Below, one piece after another: positions 54,062 to 64,000 of a DNA stretch of 64,000 nt; positions within the stretch are counted from its first letter, which is position 1; each line of letters starts with the position of its first letter. The DNA is from Candidatus Binatia bacterium (GTDB lineage Bacteria > Desulfobacterota > Binatia > UBA9968 > JAJDTQ01). A program made the translations under genes and the position numbers. The stretch covers positions 3,200,001 to 3,264,000 of the forward strand of contig OY762897.2 of the NCBI GenBank assembly GCA_963666515.2. Direction: 5' to 3'. The notes beneath the pieces were generated by a model. The model was not told the DNA's origin and ran no database searches. It worked only from the letters and a program-made list of their open reading frames with translations.

Positions 54062-54265
54062 TCAGCGGAGCTTCATGCCGAACGCCACGGGCCCCTTGTC
54101 GCCCGCGCGGGTCTGGAACTGCACGCTGTCGCCTTCGCCGAAGTCCTCGAACTGCACCCGCGGCGCGCCGCTGCCGCGGTGGAAGAAGACGTCGTCGCCG
54201 CCGTCGTCCGGCTCGATGAAGCCGAACCCCTTGTCCCTCAGTATCTTCTTGATGGTTCCCGTCAC
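54062..54265 (-). CDS. Cold-shock domain protein
   Basis: GTIK, KGFGFI (RNP1), VFFH (RNP2), KGP; 67 aa; GGGAGG RBS. Confidence 0.92.
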   Translation of the reverse strand: MTGTIKKILRDKGFGFIEPDDGGDDVFFHRGSGAPRVQFEDFGEGDSVQFQTRAGDKGPVAFGMKLR

Positions 54266-54291
54266 GCTTCGGCCTCCCTGTTCCCGCTGTC

Positions 54292-54319
54292 ATCTTAGTC
54301 GATTTCTGGTATGCGTCAA
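54292..54319 (-). promoter_or_regulatory. Sigma70-type promoter of the csp gene
   Basis: Minus strand TTGACG-N16-TAAGAT. Confidence 0.6.
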
Positions 54320-54324
54320 GAAGG

Positions 54325-55038
54325 ATGACCGGTTCGCTGCGCGTCATGGATCTGGGCCGCCTGGAATACGAGGCGGCGCTGGCGGTCCAGGAGCGGGTGC
54401 TCGAAGAGAAGGTCCGCGAGCCCGCGGACGACTGCCTGATCCTGGTGGAGCATCCGCACGTGATCACCACCGGCCGGAGGGAAGCGGCCTCCCACGTCCT
54501 CGACCCCGGCGGCGTCCCGGTCCGCGCCACCAGCCGGGGCGGCGACGTGACCTACCACGGCCCCGGCCAGTTGGTGGCGTACCCGATCATCGATCTCAAG
54601 TCGAAGCTGCGCCGCGCCGTCCACCGCTACCTGCACCGGCTGGAGCAGGTGATCATCGACGTGCTCGGGGCGTTCGGTCTGGAGGGCGCGCGTCGGCCGC
54701 CCTTCACCGGCGTGTGGACCGGCGACCGGAAGATCTGCGCCATCGGCATCGCCGTCAAACGCGGCGTCACCTATCATGGCGCCGCCCTCAACGTGGCGCC
54801 GGACCTGGACTATTTCCGCAGGATCGTCCCGTGCGGCCTGGAATGGGCTCAGGTCACCTCCATCGAGCGGGAGGCGGGGAGGCTGGTTGAGATGGATGTA
54901 GTGAAATCCCTGCTGGTGCAGGGCTTCTGCCGGAGGTTCGGATACGAAGGGTTCGTGCGGGATGGGGACGCGCCGGCGTCGGGCGCGGGCGGAGGGCGAC
55001 CGCGGGTCGCCCCTACTTCTGAAACCAGTCGGCGTTGA
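54325..55038 (+). CDS. lipB: Octanoyltransferase LipB
   Basis: [43 protein letters not shown]. Confidence 0.95.
   Translation: MTGSLRVMDLGRLEYEAALAVQERVLEEKVREPADDCLILVEHPHVITTGRREAASHVLDPGGVPVRATSRGGDVTYHGPGQLVAYPIIDLKSKLRRAVHRYLHRLEQVIIDVLGAFGLEGARRPPFTGVWTGDRKICAIGIAVKRGVTYHGAALNVAPDLDYFRRIVPCGLEWAQVTSIEREAGRLVEMDVVKSLLVQGFCRRFGYEGFVRDGDAPASGAGGGRPRVAPTSETSRR
54994..55016 (-). repeat. GTAG-type REP-like palindrome supplying the ferredoxin stop codon
   Basis: Minus strand GTAGGGGCGACCCGCGGTCGCCC, identical to the copy at 32867-32889. Confidence 0.8.
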
Positions 55039-55276
55039 TCTGCGTGTACTCCTGCCACTTCTCGGGGACCGCGGCCTCCTCGAAAATGGCCTCGACGGGA
55101 CAAACCGGCTCGCAGGCGCCGCAGTCGATGCACTCTTCCGGATCGATGTAGAGCATGTTCTCTTTCTCGAATGTCTCGGGGTCGTTCTTGGTCGGGTGGA
55201 TGCAATCGACAGGGCAAACATCGACGCAAGCCGTATCCTTGACGTCGACACAGGGCTCTGCAATCACGTAGGTCAT
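55013..55276 (-). CDS. Dicluster ferredoxin (7Fe FdxA-type Cys pattern)
   Basis: [18 protein letters not shown]...[12 protein letters not shown]; GGAGG RBS. Confidence 0.93.
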   Translation of the reverse strand: MTYVIAEPCVDVKDTACVDVCPVDCIHPTKNDPETFEKENMLYIDPEECIDCGACEPVCPVEAIFEEAAVPEKWQEYTQINADWFQK

Positions 55277-55418
55277 TCACGTCCTCCTGGAGATACTGGT
55301 GGCCTGTCCACGTGTTCCCAACCACGAACAGGTGACTGTTTTTGCTAACAAATAGGCCGGTTCAAGTCAAGCGCGCGGGCCGTCCGGCGCCCCGTCCACG
55401 GCCCCCGTCATCCCCCTT

Positions 55419-56843
55419 TCACCCTTTTCCGGCCCGCTTCCGCGGCAGCGTGTGGGTGGCGGTTCCGTAGAAGCTCTCGGCGCACTCCATGAGGGTCTCG
55501 GAGAGGGTGGGATGCGGGTGGACGGACTCGGCGAGGTCCCTGGCGGTGGCGCCCATCTCGACGGCCAGCACGCCCTCGCCGATCAGCTCGCCGGCTCCGG
55601 CGCCGGTGATGCCCACGCCCAGGATGCGCTCGGTGCCGGGCTCCAGGACCAGCTTGGTCAGCCCTTCGGGGCGGTCGAGGGTGAGCGCCCTGCCGGAGGC
55701 GCCCCAGGGGAACTTCACGACCTCCACCGCCACCTTCCCTGCCTTGGCCTCCTGCTCGGTGAGCCCGCACCAGGCCACCTCCGGCTCGGTGAAGACCACC
55801 GCGGGGATCACCACGCCGTCGATGGTGCCGGACTCGCCGGCGATGACCTCCACCGCCACCCGCGCCTCCTTGACGGCCCGGTGCGCCAGCAAGGCGCCGC
55901 CGTTGGCGTCGCCGATGGCGTAGATGGCCGGGTCCGCAGTCTGCTGCTGGTCGTTGCACTCGATGAAGCCGTTGGCGCCTACCCTGACATCGGTGTTCTC
56001 GATCCCCAGGTCCTCGTAGCTGGGGGTGCGGCCCACGCTCACCAGCACCCGGTCGTAGCTCTCCTCGCGCTTGGCCCCGCCTGCCTCCATGGCCACCTTG
56101 ATCTTCCTCCCGCTGGTGGCCATGCTCAGCACCCGGGTCTTGAGGCGGATCTCCTTGAAAAGCGCCCCGGCCACCTTGGCCACGGGCCGCACCAGGTCCG
56201 CGTCCACCCCCGACAGCAGGTGTTCCAGCGCCTCCACCAGCACGATCTCGCTGCCCAGGCGAGCGTAGACCGTCCCCAGCTCCATGCCGATGTAGCCGCC
56301 TCCCACCACCAGCAGCCGGCCCGGCACGTCCTGAAGCTCCAGCGCCTCGGTGGAGGTCATGATCCGCCGGTTCCCCAGGTCGAAGGCCGCGGGCATGGCC
56401 GGCCTGGAGCCCACCGCGATGATGGCCTTGTCGTAGTTGACGAACTGCTGCCCCTCGGCGGTCTCCACCCGCAGGGTGCGGGAGTCCTCGAAGTGGCCGC
56501 GGCCGTGGAGCCGCTGCACGCCCCGCCGCGAGCACAGCCCGTCCAGCCCCTTGGCGAGCTTGCCGATGACCGAATCCTTCCACGCCCGCAGCTTGTCGAG
56601 CTTCACCTTGGGCTTGCCGAAGGCGACGCCGCGGGCCGCGGACAGCGCCGCCTCGTCGATGACCTGGGTGGCGTGGAGCAGGGCCTTGGACGGGATGCAG
56701 CCGCGGTTGAGGCAGACCCCGCCCAAGCGCTCGTCCCGTTCCACCAGGAGCACGCGCTTTCCCCTGTCCGCGGCGTAGAAGGCCGCGGCATAGCCGCCGG
56801 GGCCTGCGCCGACCACGACGATTTCCGTTTGGATGGGTTCCAC
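55419..56843 (-). CDS. lpdA: Dihydrolipoamide dehydrogenase (E3)
   Basis: GAGPGGY, GGVCLNRGCIPSK, GGGYIG, HPHPTLSE. Confidence 0.96.
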   Translation of the reverse strand: MEPIQTEIVVVGAGPGGYAAAFYAADRGKRVLLVERDERLGGVCLNRGCIPSKALLHATQVIDEAALSAARGVAFGKPKVKLDKLRAWKDSVIGKLAKGLDGLCSRRGVQRLHGRGHFEDSRTLRVETAEGQQFVNYDKAIIAVGSRPAMPAAFDLGNRRIMTSTEALELQDVPGRLLVVGGGYIGMELGTVYARLGSEIVLVEALEHLLSGVDADLVRPVAKVAGALFKEIRLKTRVLSMATSGRKIKVAMEAGGAKREESYDRVLVSVGRTPSYEDLGIENTDVRVGANGFIECNDQQQTADPAIYAIGDANGGALLAHRAVKEARVAVEVIAGESGTIDGVVIPAVVFTEPEVAWCGLTEQEAKAGKVAVEVVKFPWGASGRALTLDRPEGLTKLVLEPGTERILGVGITGAGAGELIGEGVLAVEMGATARDLAESVHPHPTLSETLMECAESFYGTATHTLPRKRAGKG

Positions 56844-56884
56844 GGGCCTCCTGACCGATCAGCCGGCCTGTGCCGCCGGCGGGT

Positions 56885-58186
56885 TCATGAGACGGGCCAC
56901 TTGACGTCCGCCTCGGGATAGTCTTCCAGGCAGCGCACGATCTCGCGCAGGAAACGCGCGCCGTCGGCGCCGTCGATCACCCGGTGGTCGTACGAGAGCG
57001 CCAGCGGCAGCACCATCCGCGGCACCACCTTCCGCTCCCGCACCACCGGCCGGTGCACGCCCCGCCCCATGCCCAGCACCGCCACCTGGGGGCTGTTGAC
57101 GATGGGGGTGAAGTAGGAGCCGCCGATGCTTCCCAGGTTCGAGATGGTGAACGTCGCCCCCTGCATCTCGTCCGCGGCGAGCTTGCGCTGCCGGGTGCGT
57201 TCCGCCAACTCGTCCAGCTCGATGGAGAGGGCCAGCAGGTCCTTCTTGTCGGCGTCGCGGATGACCGGCGCGATCAGTCCGGCCTCGGTGTCCACCGCCA
57301 CGCCGATGTGGACGTAGTCGCGGGTGACGATCTCCAGGGCTTGGTAGTCGATGCTGGTCTTGAACGACGGATACCGGGACAGGGCCGACACCGCGGCCTT
57401 GATGGCGAAGGAGGTCACCGTCAGCCGGGCGCCCGCCTTCTCATAGGCCTTGGCGTAGCGTTTGCGCAGCTCCATCAGGCCGGTGATGTCGGCGTCATCG
57501 AACTGGGTGACGTGGGGCACCGTGGTCCACGACTCCGTCATGCGCTGGGCGATGGTGCGCCGGAGCGGCGACATCCGCTCCCGCTTGCTGGGCCCCCACT
57601 TGGTCAGGTCCAGGGTCTGGAAGACGTCGCCCGCGGGCGCCGCGGCTGGAGCCGGCGGCTCCAGCGCCCGCTGCTGAAGCCCCTCGATGTAGCTCCGCAC
57701 GTCCTCCATGACGATGCGGCCGCCGCGCCGGCTGCCCTTCACCCGGGTGAGGTCGATGCCCAGTTCCCGCGCCGTCTTCCGCACCGAGGGCGAGGCCGGC
57801 GGCGGCGCGCCGCTGGCGGAGACGTGGACGTAAGCCTCCGGCGGCGCGGCCGGCGCGGCCGGCGCTTCCGCCGCGGTCCCCGGCGGCAACGCCGGGGCCT
57901 CGGCTGCGGCCGCGGGCGCCTCCCCGGCCGGCGCCAGAGCCGGTTCGGCGGCCCCGTCGTCCTCGATGGTCACCAGCACCTGGCCCACCGAGACCACTTG
58001 GCCCACGTCCACGTGTATCCGCGCCACCTTGCCGGCGCCGGTGGAGGGAATGGGGGCCACCGCCTTCTCGTTCTCCAGCTCCAGGAGGGTCTGGTCCAGC
58101 TCGACCCGGTCCCCTTCCCGGACCACGATGTTGACGACGGTGCCGGAGTCGGCCCCTTCGGCCAGTTTGGGAAGCGTTACGTCCAT
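56885..58186 (-). CDS. aceF: Dihydrolipoamide acetyltransferase (PDH E2), single lipoyl domain
   Basis: Lipoyl ENEKA, E3-binding ASPSVRK, TISNLG, SYDHRVIDG. Confidence 0.92.
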   Translation of the reverse strand: MDVTLPKLAEGADSGTVVNIVVREGDRVELDQTLLELENEKAVAPIPSTGAGKVARIHVDVGQVVSVGQVLVTIEDDGAAEPALAPAGEAPAAAAEAPALPPGTAAEAPAAPAAPPEAYVHVSASGAPPPASPSVRKTARELGIDLTRVKGSRRGGRIVMEDVRSYIEGLQQRALEPPAPAAAPAGDVFQTLDLTKWGPSKRERMSPLRRTIAQRMTESWTTVPHVTQFDDADITGLMELRKRYAKAYEKAGARLTVTSFAIKAAVSALSRYPSFKTSIDYQALEIVTRDYVHIGVAVDTEAGLIAPVIRDADKKDLLALSIELDELAERTRQRKLAADEMQGATFTISNLGSIGGSYFTPIVNSPQVAVLGMGRGVHRPVVRERKVVPRMVLPLALSYDHRVIDGADGARFLREIVRCLEDYPEADVKWPVS

Positions 58187-58202
58187 GGGCTGCGGGCCGC
58201 GG

Positions 58203-60956
<2,754 letters not shown>

Positions 60957-61049
60957 GCTCTTCCGGGGATGCGACGAAAACGTTTGCGCAAGCGGCACCT
61001 GCCGGGCAACATATTCACCGCCGCCCGCACCTGTCAAGCCCTTTCGGGC

Positions 61050-61149
61050 GGCGGCGCCGCGACCGGAAGCACCCCCGGAGGAGGCGGCGCCACGACCGGA
61101 GAACACCGCCCGGAGACGGCGCGTCGCGGCCGGAGAACACCGCCGCGGA
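61050..61149 (+). repeat. Three degenerate ~33-34 bp tandem repeats in the aceE-ligase intergenic region
   Basis: Core CCGGAGAACACCGCC exact at 61096 and 61130, degenerate copy near 61063. Confidence 0.6.
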
Positions 61150-61179
61150 CGGCCCTTTCGCGACCGACGGCGATCCGCC

Positions 61180-61899
61180 ATGCAGTGCCTCGACCTGACG
61201 CTACCGACCCCCGAAGCGAACCTGGCCTGCGACGAGGCGCTGCTGGACGACTGCGAGGAGAGGCAGGACCGGGAGGTCCTCCGGTTCTGGGAATCGCCCG
61301 ATCCGTTCGTGGTGCTAGGCCTCGCCGGCCGGCGCGACCGCGAGGTCCACCTGCCGGCGTGCCGCGCCCGGGACATCCCCGTGCTGCGGCGATGCAGCGG
61401 CGGCGGCGCCGTGGTCCAGGGTCCCGGCTGCCTGAGCTACGCGCTGGTGCTGCGCATTTCCGGCGACCGCGCGCTGGAGCGCATCGATTCCGCCAACGCC
61501 TTCGTCATGGAGCGTCACCGGCGCGCGCTGGCCGAAGCCACCGGCCTGCCCGTCCGGCGCGAGGGCGTCACCGACCTGGCTGTGGGCGGGCGGAAGTTCT
61601 CCGGCAACGCCCAGCGCCGGCGGCGGCGCTGCCTGCTGTTCCACGGCACCTTCCTGCTGGACTTCCCGATCCCGCTGATGGAAGCGATCCTGCCGTACCC
61701 GCCCGCGGCGCCCGGCTACCGCGGCGAGCGTCCCCACCGCACATTCGTCACCAACCTGCACCAGCCCGCAGCCCGCATCAAGGCCCTGCTGACGCGCGCC
61801 TGGAAGGCCGAACCCGGCAGCGTCGATGTCCCGGACGAGCCCATCGCGTCGCTGGTGGCGCAAAAGTACGCGCTGCGGAGCTGGAACGAACGGTGCTGA
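61180..61899 (+). CDS. Lipoate-protein ligase family protein (catalytic domain only)
   Basis: NLACDEALL, RRCSGGGAV, KFSGNAQ, HGTFL; start MQCLD. Confidence 0.88.
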   Translation: MQCLDLTLPTPEANLACDEALLDDCEERQDREVLRFWESPDPFVVLGLAGRRDREVHLPACRARDIPVLRRCSGGGAVVQGPGCLSYALVLRISGDRALERIDSANAFVMERHRRALAEATGLPVRREGVTDLAVGGRKFSGNAQRRRRRCLLFHGTFLLDFPIPLMEAILPYPPAAPGYRGERPHRTFVTNLHQPAARIKALLTRAWKAEPGSVDVPDEPIASLVAQKYALRSWNERC

Positions 61900-61925
61900 G
61901 AGCAGCGGAGGTGCAGGGGCGGGGT

Positions 61926-63842
61926 TCAAACTTGGCCGTGTCCTACTGCCCCATGATCCGCTGTCGACCGGAGATGGTCGATCACCTTGTCGGCGATCTC
62001 GTCGACGCTGTGCTCGGCGGTCTTCAGCACGATATCCGGGTTCTCGGGCGGCTCGTAGGCGCTGTCGACCCCGGTGAAGTTCTTGATCTGACCGGCCCGG
62101 GCCTTGCGGTAGAGCCCCTTGGGGTCGCGCTGCTCGCAGACCTCGATGGGGCAGTCGACGAAGATCTCGACGAACTCGCCTTCGTCCATCATCTCGCGGG
62201 CCATGGTGCGCTCGTCGCGGAAGGGCGAGATCACGGAAACCAGGACGATCAGCCCGGCATCGACGAACAGCTTGGCGACCTCGGCGATGCGGCGCACGTT
62301 CTCCACCCGGTCCGCCGCGGTGAAGCCCAGGTCCCGGGTCAACCCGTGCCGCAGGTTGTCGCCGTCCAGGGTGTAGCTGTGCCGGCCCATGGCGTGGAGG
62401 CGCCGTTCCACCGCGTTGGCGGTGGCCGACTTGCCCGCCCCCGACAACCCGGTGAACCACAGGACGCACGCCTTCTGGCTCTTCTGCGCCGCCCGTGCCG
62501 GCTTGTCGATGGCGAGTTGGTGCGGGGTCAGGTTGGAGCCTCGCCACAGGCCGAAATCGATCATGCCGGCGCCCACCGTTTCGTTGGTGTAACGATCGAT
62601 GAGGATGAAGCCGCCTGTCTCCCTCAACTCCCGGTAGGGGTCGAAGGCGATCCGCCGGTCCAGCCCGATGTTGCAACAGGCGATGTCGTTGAGGCCGAGG
62701 GTCCTGGCCGCGGCGTGCTCCAGCGTGGTGACGTTGAGCTTGTACTTGATGGCCGTTATCTGCGCCCCGAGCAGGCGTGTGCCGATTTGCAGAAGATACG
62801 GGCGCTCGGGCAGCAGCGGGTTCTCGTGCATCCACACGATGTGACAGGCGAACTGGTCGCTGAGGCTCGGTGGGTCGGCGGCCGAGGCGATGATGTCTCC
62901 GCGGCTGACGTCGACCTCGTCGGCGAAGGTGAGCGTCACCGCCTGACCGGCGCGCACGTGGTCGAGGTCGCCGTCCGGTCCCACGATGCGTTTTACGGTC
63001 GAGATTTTCTGTGAGGGGAACAGCATCACGGGGTCGCCGGTGCTCACGAGCCCGGACGCGACGGTGCCGGCGAAACCGCGGAAATCGGCGCTTGGACGGT
63101 TCACCCACTGCACCGGCATGCGGAAGGGCGCGCTCTCGCGGCCGGCGGCCACCTCGGCGGATTCCAGGCCTTGCAGCAGCGTCGGCCCGTCGTACCAATC
63201 CATGGCGGCGGACGGCCCGGTGACGTTGTCGCCGGTGAGCGCCGACACCGGAATGCAGGTCACGCCGGTCACGTCGAGCCGCTTCGCGAAGTCGCCGTAG
63301 GCCCCGGCGATGCCGTCGTAGACGTCCCTGGACCAGTCCACCAGGTCCATCTTGTTGATGGCCGCGATTACGTGGCGCACCCCCAGGAGGGAGAGGATCG
63401 TCGTGTGGCGGCAGGTCTGCGGCAGCACGCCCTTGCGGGCGTCGATCAGGACCACCGCGAGGTCGGCGGTGGAGGCGCCGGTGGCCATGTTGCGCGTGTA
63501 CTGCTCGTGTCCGGGCGTGTCCGCGACGATGAAGGATCGCCTGCCGGTTGAAAACATGCGGTAGGCGACATCGATGGTGATGCCCTGCTCGCGCTCCGCC
63601 TGAAGTCCGTCCACCAGGAGCGCCAGGTCGAGGTCGTCGCCCTGGGTGCCGTGCCGCTTGCTGTCGGCCTCTACCTTGGCGAGCTGGTCCTGAAAGACCA
63701 GCCGGGACTCGTAGAGCAGCCGCCCGATCAGCGTGGACTTGCCGTCGTCCACGCTGCCGCAGGTGATGAAGCGCAGGATGTCCCGGTCTTCGCGGGCGTT
63801 GACGTAGGCGCGGAATTCCCGATCGTCCGGCGTGGCGGACAT
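61926..63842 (-). CDS. cysNC: Bifunctional sulfate adenylyltransferase subunit 1 / APS kinase
   Basis: [28 protein letters not shown] plus C-terminal [22 protein letters not shown]. Confidence 0.95.
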   Translation of the reverse strand: MSATPDDREFRAYVNAREDRDILRFITCGSVDDGKSTLIGRLLYESRLVFQDQLAKVEADSKRHGTQGDDLDLALLVDGLQAEREQGITIDVAYRMFSTGRRSFIVADTPGHEQYTRNMATGASTADLAVVLIDARKGVLPQTCRHTTILSLLGVRHVIAAINKMDLVDWSRDVYDGIAGAYGDFAKRLDVTGVTCIPVSALTGDNVTGPSAAMDWYDGPTLLQGLESAEVAAGRESAPFRMPVQWVNRPSADFRGFAGTVASGLVSTGDPVMLFPSQKISTVKRIVGPDGDLDHVRAGQAVTLTFADEVDVSRGDIIASAADPPSLSDQFACHIVWMHENPLLPERPYLLQIGTRLLGAQITAIKYKLNVTTLEHAAARTLGLNDIACCNIGLDRRIAFDPYRELRETGGFILIDRYTNETVGAGMIDFGLWRGSNLTPHQLAIDKPARAAQKSQKACVLWFTGLSGAGKSATANAVERRLHAMGRHSYTLDGDNLRHGLTRDLGFTAADRVENVRRIAEVAKLFVDAGLIVLVSVISPFRDERTMAREMMDEGEFVEIFVDCPIEVCEQRDPKGLYRKARAGQIKNFTGVDSAYEPPENPDIVLKTAEHSVDEIADKVIDHLRSTADHGAVGHGQV

Positions 63843-64000
63843 CAGAAATACCCCTCCTGCTTCTTGCGCTCCATGGAGCCCTCTCCGTCGTGGTCGATGA
63901 CGCGCCCCTGGCGCTCGGAGTGCGTGGCCGTGAGCATCTCGCGGATGATCGCAGGCACGCTGCCGGCGTCGGACTCGATGGCGCCGGACAGCGGGTAGCA
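63842..64000 (-). CDS. cysD: Sulfate adenylyltransferase subunit 2, C-terminal part
   Basis: [10 protein letters not shown]...[23 protein letters not shown]; TGATG overlap with cysNC. Confidence 0.93.
   Translation of the reverse strand, partial: CYPLSGAIESDAGSVPAIIREMLTATHSERQGRVIDHDGEGSMERKKQEGYF

Noticed and set aside
61050-61149. Possible CRISPR array
   Set aside because: Repeats are contiguous and degenerate, with no unique spacers and no cas genes
61911-61935. GCAGGGGCGGGGTTCAAAC REP-like remnant at the cysNC end
   Set aside because: Second palindrome arm missing; too degenerate to call

Overview
High-GC, Gram-negative bacterial chromosome segment; gene order and protein sequences look Deltaproteobacteria-like (inference, no search run). 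About 49 kb is housekeeping core, almost all on the minus strand. It holds the thrU-tyrU-glyT-thrT-tuf-rpmG-trpT-secE-nusG-rplKAJL-rpoBC-str-S10-spc-alpha superoperon running directly into SPOR-trpDCF-folC-lptD-gspD, then rlmB, lptFG, rplM-rpsI, tig-clpPX-lon, rph and 12 tRNA genes. The last 12.5 kb is metabolic: aldehyde dehydrogenase, polyprenyl synthetase, cold-shock protein, lipB, ferredoxin, aceE-aceF-lpdA, a lipoate ligase and cysD-cysNC. The only clearly accessory part is a ~2.3 kb plus-strand island (49140-51367). It contains a sigma70-type promoter, a SLATT-like two-TM protein, an overlapping unannotated 40-aa Pro/Lys-rich ORF, and a frameshifted ABC/AAA ATPase fused in frame to an HNH nuclease (Septu/PtuAB-like), so it is a candidate defence cassette. 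Other oddities are TAG stops in 22 of 34 ribosomal protein genes, GTAG-type REP palindromes that supply stop codons, an intrinsic terminator between rpsG and fusA, a palindrome over the rpsL -35 box, and absence of rpmD, tufA, adk and infA from their usual positions. All calls come from manual reading of the sequence.
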